NCBI GenBank assembly: GCA_030770535.1
Contig: JASVEC010000011.1
Location: 372,001 to 436,000 of the forward strand
DNA length: 64,000 nt
Direction of reading: 5' to 3'
Source of the DNA: Batkoa obscura
Lineage: Eukaryota
Part shown: piece by piece, positions 26,028-37,783 of the stretch
How positions within the stretch are numbered: position 1 is the first letter of the stretch
Layout: every line of letters begins with the position of its first letter
The notes under the pieces: model-generated
Seen by the model: the letters and a program-made list of their open reading frames with translations, nothing else
Told to the model about the DNA's origin: nothing
The model's database searches: none
Translations under genes and position numbers: made by a program

Positions 26028-26723
26028 TTAGTTTAGAATAAATTGAAGGGAGTTTGGTAGGCATTGCTTTTTGGGCATAGAGTTATAATTTTCCCAATCA
26101 ATAGGTGGTAATTTTAATTGATTTTCCATAGTTGGTAGTGTATAAGTAGAGAGATAGTTAGGTGAAGGTGAACTTGAGCCTGTGGAATTCGATGATGAAT
26201 CTCTATATCCGAATGGGTTATAACTTAAATTTTGTCCTTGATTATTATTTCTAATGTGTGGATTACTAGAAACAAAGCTAGATGACTTATTGTAAACTTG
26301 CTCAGTGCAAGTATAAGAAGGATAGGTTAATTCATTAAAAACAGAGTGATTATGTACCATGGATTTTCCTTCTCTAAATTCCCAACGCATGTTCCTTGGT
26401 AAATCTTCATTATAGTATAAAACAATACGCCATTGACAATTACATCTGTCACTGTTTCTATTTCTCTTTTTTCCAAAATCAGCTTTCATATCTGGTTTTC
26501 CTTCTCTGCTACAAACAATGTAAACAGTAGTTGCTTTACTAGTTCTTATCCTTACAGAAAACCCACATGCATGAGCCAAGTATTGGCAGTATTCAATAGC
26601 CTCTTGAGAAGTAGCGAACTTTTTATTTAAAATGTTATTGAAACGATACATATTTTCAAATGTATAGATATTATAAAGATCAAATTTAATTAAATTTATA
26701 ATTTTAAAATTATAGTTTTTCAT
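26028..26723 (-). CDS. FAR1/AFT-type DNA-binding protein, paralog 2 (true start may be the ATG at 26651)
   Basis: KFATSQEAIEYCQYLAHACGFSVRIRTS...VCSREG...SDRCNCQWRI...WEF...HNH, then a Ser/Pro/Asn-rich tail. Confidence 0.85.
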   Translation of the reverse strand: MKNYNFKIINLIKFDLYNIYTFENMYRFNNILNKKFATSQEAIEYCQYLAHACGFSVRIRTSKATTVYIVCSREGKPDMKADFGKKRNRNSDRCNCQWRIVLYYNEDLPRNMRWEFREGKSMVHNHSVFNELTYPSYTCTEQVYNKSSSFVSSNPHIRNNNQGQNLSYNPFGYRDSSSNSTGSSSPSPNYLSTYTLPTMENQLKLPPIDWENYNSMPKKQCLPNSLQFILN

Positions 26724-29392
26724 TATTTATATATACTTTTCTTTTAATAATAAATCAACAAATTTAAACTCCCTATTTTCTTCATTAATGGAGTTGTAGA
26801 TAATCGATCGTATTTTTTTAGAAAAAACTCGATAAATTCAACTTTTGTTTTTACTTTCTGTCTTTTTTACCACCTTCCTACTTTTACCTACTTAAGGCTT
26901 TCAACTCATCATTTTTGATGCAATTAAACTTTATCTAAATTTAAAATAAACTCAATTTATTGGCTAATAGCCCAATCTCAATTCATTCCTTTAATGTCAA
27001 CAAAAAGATAACTAAATCATGATTGAGAAATAATTGGTGGGTGGGTAGTTAAGTAGGTGTTAAGAACCAGTTAGTTAATCTTTTTATTAAAGGTACTTGT
27101 TTAGATCTTTTTTTAAAAAGCATCGTATTTTTTATTAATTTTTTGTGATTCAATTTTATTTTTCTTACCTTTAAATGTTAGTTGATCATTAAAAATACAA
27201 TTTCCCATTAAATTAATAGTGATAATACCAAGTTTATTCCGATTTGAGTGTATTATTCTAAATTGATTGGCATGATTATTTGTTTAGTTTTCAACTTAAC
27301 TACTTATTTTGTAGTTAATACTAACATCATAGTATGTTTGGGCAATCTAAATAGTTGTATAATTATAAAACTAAGTAACTTTAATTAATAAAATTGAAAA
27401 TATTTACTATACCATCTTGTCAAGAAATAAGCCAATAAGGTAAATACAATTTCTGATGATAAATGTAAAAAAGGGGGTAAAGCAGGGTGTGGATTAAATT
27501 TAGTAAAGGCAATTTATATAAAGTTATATATATAATACTACTTCAGTAAGAAAATATAGCTAATCTTATCTATTAAAGATATCGATTTATAAGTATTATA
27601 AATATTTAACAAATATATAATTTCTAGATCTCTCAAATCTTTGATTCGATTCAATTGAATATTTATTTATAGATCGTAAATTACTCCATCTTATAATCTC
27701 TTTGCTATACTTTCTAATTTAATAGATTTACTCCAAAATTTTGCTTAGATTCATTGTTTTTGCTTTATTTGCCCAATAATTTTTAATAAAACAACTTGGG
27801 GCAAAAATTGTATCAAAAAGCAACTTGTCTTATAAATCATACAACTTGAGTTCATTTAATAAAAGCTTCAAATTGATCTTCATAGCAGTAAAACAAATGT
27901 TATGAATTACTTATATCATTTCTTATAATATATTACTAGTAAATCAAAGCTATTATATTTATTTTATTAATTTATTAATTTATTATTATTAATTTATTAA
28001 TTTATTATTTTATTATTTTATTTACAATAGTTCTAAATCACTTTTATAACATTATATTTATTTTTACTATATACTAAGGTTAATTTCAGATTCACATAGA
28101 ACTAATATAATCATTACAACTTTTGGTCAAAGTTATCAATTTTAATAAAGGCATTAAAATAGGCACTGATAAAATTATAAAATGAAAAATTGTAAGGTTA
28201 GACCACCTTTATTTATTGAGCAATCGAATAAATTATTCAACCACTTTAATCCTATAAAAAAGTTCTAGTCCATAAATAATAAACTACTCTGTAATGTAGT
28301 AAAGTTTATATAAAATATTATAACATTATAATAATCTAACAAAATTATTTAAATCGATAATAATCTCTAAACAGCTATGAAGATCTGAGTTCTGTTTTAA
28401 ACAATAATACAAAGATTTAAGAGATAAGAATGAAACTTAAGAAGATCAAATCATAACGTGAGATTCTTATATTTTCAGTTAATAGATTATATAATCTATT
28501 AAGTTTCAAACTTCTACAAAGTATAATAGAGATAAAAGGAGCTCAGTTACACATGATTTTTTAGTTTAATTTATCAATCATGAGCATTTTTATATGATCT
28601 TGATATATAATATTGAAGTATGGGATAATATAAGGGATTTAATGCTTACATTGACTTCTAGGATTATTATTTGTAACTTTATCCTTAACGTTATTGATTA
28701 TTTATTACATTTAATTAAAATGTAATAATTGCTCTAATCTAGAAAAATTTAAATAACCCATAAAAGGTAAATTCTTTAGAGCCATTGTTTTTGTCTTAGT
28801 ATGGGGTGGAAAAATTATGGATTTAGAGTGAATCTTAAAATCGAAATTTAATTGAAATTTTTCGATCCTCGATTCAATTTCTAGGAGCTGTGAGATTTCC
28901 CCTAAAGTTGTTAGCTAATGATTACAACATTTATTCCAATAAGATGCAACCTTTTATTATTAGCATATTTTTAATCAAAATAACTAACCAACTGTGTTCC
29001 CTCAGGAGTTTGAAATATTTAATTTAATAATAGTGTTAAAACTTACAACTTAGTATTATACAAGCTTAAGTTTTAAGAATGTTATTATAATATTTATAAA
29101 GGATAAGAACTAATATATACAATATTTTTTTTTGTAATATTTAATAGATAAATGAATTATATATTCTATTAAAGTTTATTATTTATAATAGTGAAGTAAT
29201 TTTGAGTAATTTGGCAGGAACCAACCAAAAGCTTTAAATTTTTAAGATCGATTCGTTATGTCCAAATTAACTCGATCTAAGGATCAATCTCAGAGATTGA
29301 ACCCAAAGGAGGGTACTATTTAAGCATTGGAATCTGAAATCAATCCTCATTCTTTTTTCAAGAAAATTTAAATTCAGAATAAATTTTATAAA

Positions 29393-30070
29393 ATGATAAA
29401 TTTTTATCCAATCTTCTCAAAATCATTCCCAGCTTCTGAAGATGCTATCTTATTTTGTCAAAGTCTAGCTAAGTCTTGTGGTTTTAGTATACGCATCCGT
29501 ACTTCAAAGTTGGCTGCTATTTATATTGTTTGCTCTAAAGAGGGTATCCCTGATTCAAAGAAAGATAACTTTTTAAAGAAGCGTAATAGAAATAGTGATC
29601 GTTGCAAGTGCAATTGGAAAATAGTGCTATTTCGTAATAAGAGTGGTCAATGGGAATTTCGTGGTGGTAAAAACATGTTCCATAACCACCCCTTATTTAA
29701 TGAATTCCAAAGCGCTGAAGAAGAATCAAGCCAACGTAAGCCATATTCTTCTCCATATTCAGAATCTGCAAAGTTCTGTCATAAGATGAAAAAGAATCAA
29801 ATCACACTTCCAAGTTTAAATAGCTTGCACTTACCTACGTTGGTTAAAATACCAAGCCACTCTAGCCAAATTTCTGATGCCTCTAGTTCTATTTATTCTC
29901 GTTCAGAACATTCTTCTGAATCTCCTAGCTCACAAAATAATGAAAGAAGCTTAAGGAGGCTTGATAATTTACCACCCCTTACTAATGCACTGCCAAAGAT
30001 TTTTAATTTGACCTCACCCTTACCGTCTTCTAGAGTACATAGCATTCATTTTATAACTAACTATAATTAA
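29393..30070 (+). CDS. FAR1/AFT-type DNA-binding protein, paralog 3
   Basis: SFPASEDAILFCQSLAKSCGFSIRIRTS...VCSKEG...SDRCKCNWKI...WEF...HNHP, then a Ser/Pro-rich tail. Confidence 0.85.
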   Translation: MINFYPIFSKSFPASEDAILFCQSLAKSCGFSIRIRTSKLAAIYIVCSKEGIPDSKKDNFLKKRNRNSDRCKCNWKIVLFRNKSGQWEFRGGKNMFHNHPLFNEFQSAEEESSQRKPYSSPYSESAKFCHKMKKNQITLPSLNSLHLPTLVKIPSHSSQISDASSSIYSRSEHSSESPSSQNNERSLRRLDNLPPLTNALPKIFNLTSPLPSSRVHSIHFITNYN

Positions 30071-31059
30071 GTTCTGTTTTTTTGGCTTCTTTTAATAATT
30101 TTGCCTACTGATTAAAATTGATTTTACTAACAACTTAACGATTACATATCTTTTATGAGTTTTTAATTTTATAGTAGTCTATTTTACAGTTTTCAAGGTC
30201 CCTATTACAAACACCCATAGTTTGATTTTTAAACTGTATTTTTATTCTAAGATTAAGAACAAACCGTAATTAAACTACTTTAATGAAAAATATCCTCAAA
30301 TAAAAAGTAGTTTTAGTATATAAAATAGATTTAATTGACTGACGTCATTTGAGTTCCAAAAAGTGGCAGGAGGAATTTAATGTAATATCCCCCAATCATA
30401 ACCATAGTTTTTCATTTAATTTACTTTATGATTTCATAAATTATTACAGAAGCTTTGAAAGCAAATCTTATTATCTATTTACTATTATATCCAAACATTT
30501 AACTAAGTAATCTATAATTTTTAATGGGGGAAAAGGCTAAAAAAACAATAGAAATGTCATATATAATATACTTTTTAACTAAACTTTAAAATTTTGAAAT
30601 CTGGTTAAATGCTTACGAATTTTTGACCATTGTTTTATGAATTTACTGAAGTACAATATTATTTTAAAAGCTCACTTTACTTTTTGCCCTTAAGTATGAC
30701 AAAAATACAATTAGATTAAGTAATAATTATTTTTAGAGAAACTTCTGGTGTAAAATTATATAACTTTAAAAGCATTATTATAGCTTATCTGCTATTTTAA
30801 AACTAACTGATTTAAAATTTAGCTTTAAAACAATTGCTTTTTTAATGTAAAGGAAGTAAAATTCAACATTTACTACCAGTTTTATCTGAATTTATTGCTT
30901 TATTTAATTGTGGCCATTTTTCATAGTGCTATTTATAAAAATAGTTTATTTAACTTTACAATTTATTCTTTACCCAAAATGATAAGCTAAACTTTATTTT
31001 ACAAATTAAACCAATAAATTAACTTCAGAAAAAGCAGCTTTTATACTGATAACTTTTAT

Positions 31060-31655
31060 TTAATACTGCTTTTAAAAAGTGTCTATGACTGGTTTTTGAT
31101 TAGGTTTTTTTATATATTTTAATTTGTATTATAAAACAAAAAGCATTTTTTATAATTTTTTTTAGCTACTTTTAAACTTAAAAAATTTAAAACAGGTAAA
31201 AAATTATTAGGAAATTGTTTTAACTTTTTTTCCTCAATTAATTTCTTTTAAATTACTAAATTAAAATCAATATTTAAACTATTATTTATTTTATAAATTT
31301 CTTTAAATATATAATGTAAAAACTCTTAGGATTTGAAATAATTTCCTGCATCTGCCCATATATTAATCTTTGTAAACTTTTTAAATAAAAGCTCCTTAGA
31401 TATTGAATCAATTAAACAATCTCCTGCATATGCTGAATCATGATTTAATATTTCAGATAAATAATCAAAATAAACTTTGTCTATTGTTTTATCATTTATT
31501 GAATATAAAATGCTAAACCCTAATACTAATATAGCTTGTTTATTATAATGATCTAAATTTATTGAATCTGGTCTTGTTTTTATTTCTATATTTTATTTAA
31601 AGTCTAGAATTATTATATAACTTTTGTTTTTTAATTTTTTAATAGTTTTATTAAA
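31060..31655 (-). mobile_element. Decayed Sola2-like transposase fragment
   Basis: Reverse complement reads ...NHDSAYAGDCLIDSISKELLFKKFTKINIWADAGNYFKS*EFLH, homologous to 19510-19900. Confidence 0.8.
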
Positions 31656-31658
31656 TAT

Positions 31659-31758
31659 GGGGATGTATTTTTATGTTTAAGAATTTTACTAACAATCTTT
31701 CCGCTCAAATAGCGCTTAAAAAATCGAAAAAGTGATGGAACTAAAAAAAAACATCCTC
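31659..31758 (+). mobile_element. ~98-bp Sola-related MITE
   Basis: Family consensus, ATAT flanks. Confidence 0.85.
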
Positions 31759-31786
31759 ATATATTTAAAAAATATTGATCCAGCTA

Positions 31787-32323
31787 CTGCTTTATCAGCT
31801 CTCGGATTAATTATAAGATAATAATCATTTAACTTGTTTACAAAACTAGTTGTAGTCTTGTATTCAATTTGATCGTGATTCATGTGGTATAATCAATCCA
31901 AAGTTTCTTATTTAGATTTGCTGTAAGAATTTCTATCGCCTAATTGCAAAAAACTTACTGTCTACATTTTAATGTCCATAATTGGCAACTATAATAAGTA
32001 ATAACTGTTATCATGTTCCTTATATATAGCCACTTAGTTGGAGTATAAAAGAGATTCTTTGACATACTAACTCGATGCTTTTTAATTGAATTACTCCTTG
32101 ATATCATACTATTAATAAAGCCACTGAGCCTTTCTGACAATATCTTACGTAGATTTTACAATAGTATTTTATATTCTATTTGTTTTACATAGTTCATAGT
32201 TTATTATGTATTATTTGTATTAATTCAAATCTTAGTTACATAAACTAAAGACTGTTTGACTCAAGGCAAGTTAATCAACCAAGAACTGCTTTTAACTCCG
32301 ACCACTGAGTACCAACTTTCACA
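31787..32323 (-). mobile_element. Solo LTR, 3' terminus lost
   Basis: Ends in ...ACCAACTTTCACA at 32323; homologous to the other LTRs. Confidence 0.8.
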
Positions 32324-32468
32324 ATAATGCCAATAATAATTTTTAAACTATTAAAATTATATACATATTTAAAAGGCATATTATTATTTCAAATATTGCA
32401 AAAGTTTATAATACAAATAATTGTTAAAATAAGCATTATAATAATAAATTTTAAATTATAATAATATT

Positions 32469-32566
32469 GGTCATGTATTTTTTTGTTTAAGAATTTTACT
32501 AACAATATTTCCACTCAAATGGTGCTTAAAAATGAAAAAAATAATGAAACTAAAAAAACACTCCCT
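32469..32566 (+). mobile_element. Degenerate ~98-bp MITE
   Basis: Family consensus body. Confidence 0.72.
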
Positions 32567-33556
32567 TATAAAATTAATTATTAAAGCTTGTGTTACTAAA
32601 ACAATTATTTTATACATGCTAATTTTCAGTGATTAAATTAAAAATGCTAAAATAATAATAACAATAAATATAAAAGCTTATTTTAATATACTAAAATTAA
32701 TAAAATTAATAAATATAAGCAATTATATATTTCAAAAATAAATAAAATTCTTTGCAAATTAAGTTCTTTTATTTATTTATTTAATATTATTTTATTAAGA
32801 TATATAAAAATACATCCCTACATTCTCATCTATTTTATAATAATAATTAAATTTAAATATTTATTAAATATTATTTTTATAAACATTTTAAATTAATATA
32901 AAAACTAATAATGGAAATAATCTTTAAATTTAATTTGTAATAAGTTTAATTACTAACTTAAGCTTAATTATTATATAGAAATATTTTTTATTTATATTTG
33001 TTTAAATTAAAATGTATAACAACTAGCAATAGTTTTAATAATTGAAATTTTATATTATTATGCTAATTTATAACTTTATGCTTTAATTTTGGTTTTAAAA
33101 TGAATACTTATTCAGTACACATATAAACTTCAACAATCGTATATTATAAATATATATTTTAAAATGTACAAATATATTTTATCAATATTTAAAATTACAT
33201 TTGCTAATAGTAAACTTAAGGTATCATAAAAGTTTAATTTAACCTTTCAAAGTAGTTTTTTGATATAGTCATATTTAATGATTTAAATTAAAAATATTAA
33301 ACTTCATTTTAAATCTTATTCTATTAATTAAAAACAATGAATTATTTTATAGTTCTATTAACATTATTCTTTTTTTTTTTTAAAATATACAATAGAACCA
33401 TTTTTTATTTATTTTTAAAAGATATATATATATATATATGATCAATGGTTAAAAAAAGAAAGGCAATTTAATAACTAAAGTATCAAAGAGCTAGCTTCAG
33501 CTTTAATCATTAAATAAAAACCATTATCATCTTCATGACTAATAATAAATCAATCA

Positions 33557-34423
33557 TTAAGCTTTACTTGGTTTTGTTACTTGTTCATTTAAATTTTCAT
33601 CATCTGGCCCAAACTCCCAAATCCTACGCCCTAAATCTTTTAAGTAATGAATTAACTCTTGAGTGGAATGTTCATTTTGCACACTTTTATTATTTCCTTT
33701 AGGCAAACCATTTTCTAATTGAGTTAATAATGGCTTCAATTCTGTTTTAAAATTATTCAAATATTCTTTAATTTGTTGATTATTGGAGCGTAACTCTTTG
33801 ATGGATTTACTGCTAACTTGACTTTGTTGAATTGCCAAATTATTTTTTTGTTGTAACATTTTGGATGTACGACGGGATTGATTCACTTTATTCACTAAGT
33901 CTACTAACTCATTCTCTTCCGTTCGATGTAAATCAATAAATTGTTGTGTAAATATTGGAAACCCTAATTTGTTACTGTTATTTGGTGTATTGGCACTATT
34001 TAACATAATATCATCAGTAGTACCTTTTTAATATATTTAAGTTAATTCTGTTAGTTTTTAAATTTTTAAATTTACTTGTATTATTAAATAAATCCGTGAG
34101 TGAAGAATCAGGTAATGTAGACTAATATGAAATTAATTAATTATAAATTGTAGTTTAAAAATTGTTTACTGGTTCAAATCGAAGTTCATTAGTTTCAGAA
34201 GCTGATTGACTAGGCTCGTCTTCTGCTAAGGTTGGTAACCCATTTTTCCTATTGCAATATTAAATTTAAAACTTGAAACGATGTTATTGTTACTTACTTT
34301 GAAGCCTGTAATGGTTGAAGTACATTAGCTAAAGAAGATTTTCTATTTAAATTTATCGAAATAAACTTATTTTTATATATAATTATTATTGATTTACCTT
34401 TTTCTATAAGCTGAACGTTGCAT
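33557..34423 (-). CDS. Five-exon coiled-coil protein resembling the C-terminal domain of HMG20A/B, without an HMG box
   Basis: Canonical introns give MQRSAYRK|RKSSLANVLQPLQAS|KKNGLPTLAEDEP...RFEP|STLPDSSLTDLFNNT|STTDDIMLNS...FPIFTQQFIDLHRTEENELVDL... (~215 aa). Confidence 0.72.
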
Positions 34424-34606
34424 GCTATTAAAAATTGTTATTTATTAAGTTGAAAAGGGTTTATAATTAAAATTCATTAGAAAATATTTTATTTTATTTA
34501 GTATTTTATTGGTTATTATTACTTTAGTAATGGTTATTCTAAACCTTTTAATTAATGCATATTAGAAAATGATGAAATTATTGCTAAGAAGTTACTATAA
34601 TTACAG

Positions 34607-34645
34607 TAATATAATATAATATAATATAATATAATATAATATAAT
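34607..34645. repeat. (ATAAT)n microsatellite in a bidirectional intergenic region
   Basis: About 7 units read directly. Confidence 0.85.
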
Positions 34646-34889
34646 AGTAATAAGATATATACCGTTATATTATGATATTAATATACTAATAACATTATAT
34701 TAATACGATCTACTAATTATATTAAATATGTTTCACATCAGTTCATTTTTAAAGTTAATGTAAAATTAAGCGAATTAATCATGGAAGTTAACCAATAAGG
34801 TAACGATAAAATAAAATAAAGGGTTCAAAAGAGAACTTTTACAATTGTTTCTTAACCTAATCTATTAAAATAATAACAATAATAAAATA

Positions 34890-36497
34890 ATGGAAGTAAC
34901 TAATACTCAAGGTAAGTTTAAATAAAGCTTAAATATAATCAGCATTAACTCAATAAAGTTTAATAGGTACTAAAGATAGTAATAATTTATCTAATTCCAA
35001 ACATTATATTGAAGCGGAAGACTTATTAATCAGTGGAAAACATTCTAATACTAATGAAATTGAAGAAATTATTCATGAAGACGATAAATTACCTAATCAA
35101 TATACTAAAAATGAATATGGTGGAGCGACTATAATATCTTCAATTACTAATTTATCAAATACTATATTGGGTTCGGGTATGTTAGCTATGGTAAAATTAA
35201 GCAAGAATTAATCAATATAAAGATATTAAATTAATTTTTTTAGCCTGCTGCTTTTGCCACTGTTGGATTAAATTTTGGTATCTTTTTAGTATTATTTTCA
35301 GGATTTACTTCCGGTTCTGGATTATATTTATTATCTCAATGTGCACAAAGAGTGAATCATCGAAATAGTTCCTTTTTTGAAGTATCTAAGTTAACTTACC
35401 CATCAGCAGCAAAATGGTTTAATATTGCTATTGCCATTAAATGTTTTGGTGTAAGTATTAGTTATTTAATTATCATTGGGGATTTAATGCCACAGATAAT
35501 GGAATCAATGGGATTTTTGGATAGTACTATATTTTTAAATAGAAGGTTTTGGATCACTTTTTTTATGTTAGGGATTACTCCATTAGCCTTTTTAAAAAAA
35601 TTAGATTCATTAAGATATACTAGTATTATTGCTTTAGGTTCTGTACTTTATTTAGTATTGATTGTTACCTTTACTTTCTTATTTGGTAACATAACTATTG
35701 ATTGGAATAATATTCGATATTTTCAATTAAATTGGAATTTTTTACAAGTATTACCAGTATTTGTATTTGGCTTTACATGTCATCAAAATTTATTTTCAAT
35801 TTATAATGAATTAAATGAAAACAGTAACAATAATTTAAATAAAGTAATACAAGGTTCTATTAGTGCTGGTTTACTAGTTTATCAAGTGATTGGTATATTA
35901 GGTTATTTATCTTTTGGTGATGACGTTAAATCAAATATATTATCAATGTATGAATTAGGTCCTATAATTACTTTGGGAAGATTTGCTGTAGTTATTTTAG
36001 CTTTATTTTCTTATCCATTACAATGTCATCCGTGTAGAGCATGTTTAATTAAAGTAATTGGAATAACATCAGATAAACTAACTGAAACAACTAATAATAA
36101 TAATCAAGATAGTAATTATATAATAGTAGCAACTGAAGAAAATTCAGAAGAAATTAAAGTAATTGAAAGTATTAATAATGAAGAAGAATGGTATTTTAAT
36201 ATAATAACTATAATATTAATATCAGCAAGTTATTTAATAGCAATATTAGTCACTAAATTAGATGTTATACTTGGCTTTGTTGGTTCCACTGGTTCCACTG
36301 CTATTTCATTTATACTTCCAGGTATCTTTTATTTAAAAATTACACAAAATCAACCAGAGAATGTATTTGATGAAAATTCAAATAATTCTGTTCTTTCACT
36401 TTCTTTTAAAAGATCGTTGGCTTATTTTTTAACTATCTATGGCTTTCTCGTTATGTCTGTTTGCTTCACTTATAAAGTTTATAAACTTTTTGTCTAG
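34890..36497 (+). CDS. Amino-acid transporter (Aa_trans, vacuolar AVT5/6/7-like), 3 exons
   Basis: Exons 34890-34911, 34967-35190 and 35244-36497. Motifs SSITNLSNTILGSGMLAM|PAAF, KCFGVSISYLIIIGDLMP, FGFTCHQN, SYPLQCHPCR and GSTGSTAISFILPG. Confidence 0.92.
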
Positions 36498-37273
36498 TTG
36501 ATGATAGTTTAATGATGGTTTTTATGTTTAAGAAATAAAATAGTATTGCTTCAAGTATATTGTTTGTAATATTTTATAACGGGCTTAAGGTAAAGATAGA
36601 TTTCTTTGTGGCTAAGAATTTTTTTCAGTAGTTAATTTTATGATTTCAGAAATAGCATCATCGGTTATCATTAATTTGAGAGAAATTCAATTATTTTGAT
36701 AAGTTGAATCTTTATGGCTATTTTTTCTGAAGGACCCTAAGAAATTATTACAAGTAATAATTAATGGATTGAATTTAAGAAGTAAAAAGTTTAATTATTA
36801 AAAAAATAAAATAACTATTAATTATAATAAAACAGCTTGTAGTTAGACATTTTTTATTATTTTAGTTTAAAGTTGCTTTTTTTAAATATAAACTTAATAA
36901 CTATGAATTTATATATATTTTTAACTTTGTATTAAATAAATTTAGCTTTAAGTTCAAAAAAATAAAGGATATTTAGCTGCAAGCTGTTTTAATAAACTTT
37001 TTAAAGTTTTTAATATATAAAGTTATTAGTTATAATATTAAATATTTTTTACATAAAAAATATAACTGCAGTAATTCTATATCTTTAACGTTTTAGATTT
37101 GCCCAAAAAGAGAGAGTACTTTAGAGATGACGATAAGTTAGTTTAGATCTGTTTTGGTTTTTTCCCAGTATTAGCTGGTGTTTTTTTAAACTTTATGCTG
37201 ATTAAAAAATGGGCAAAAAAATGTCATCAAAAATGGTTATTTTTATTTACTGTGTTGAAACCTGTCTATATAT

Positions 37274-37370
37274 GGGGGTGTTTTTTGGTTTCATTATTTT
37301 TTCCATTTTTTAAGCGCTATTTGAGTGGAAAGATTGTTGGTAAAATTCTTAAACAAAAAAATACATCCCC
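37274..37370 (-). mobile_element. ~98-bp Sola-related MITE
   Basis: GGGGGTGT...ACATCCCC, ATAT TSD. Confidence 0.88.
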
Positions 37371-37783
37371 ATATAGCTGTTGAGTCTTTATTGCGGACTT
37401 AGCTAGATTTTATTTTTGAATAAACAGTTAATTAAAATTATACTTAGGTCTAAACATTATGACTTTGGAAAAACTAAGCAAACAAATGATTGATTCTAAA
37501 AATCTCGCTAAAGTAACTGTAATGAAACCGCAATAGCATTATCTAGATTCTCAATAAAAAAATTCGTTTTGATCAAGCCAATAATAATAAAGTTAATTAA
37601 AAATTTACGATTTTTAGTGTAAGATCAACGTTCGAGAAGAATAAGAGATCAAGAGGAATAAAACAATAGCATCAATTAACATAACTAAAAACCAATTTAT
37701 TTTTATTTTGCTTTTATATTCTATTTTATATTCATTTTTATATCAATTGCTAATTAATTCTACTACTAGAATTACAAAAAATA

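Noticed and set aside
22690..26630. Alternative-frame and antisense ORFs over the FAR1-like genes
   Set aside because: Shadow frames of the real CDSs.
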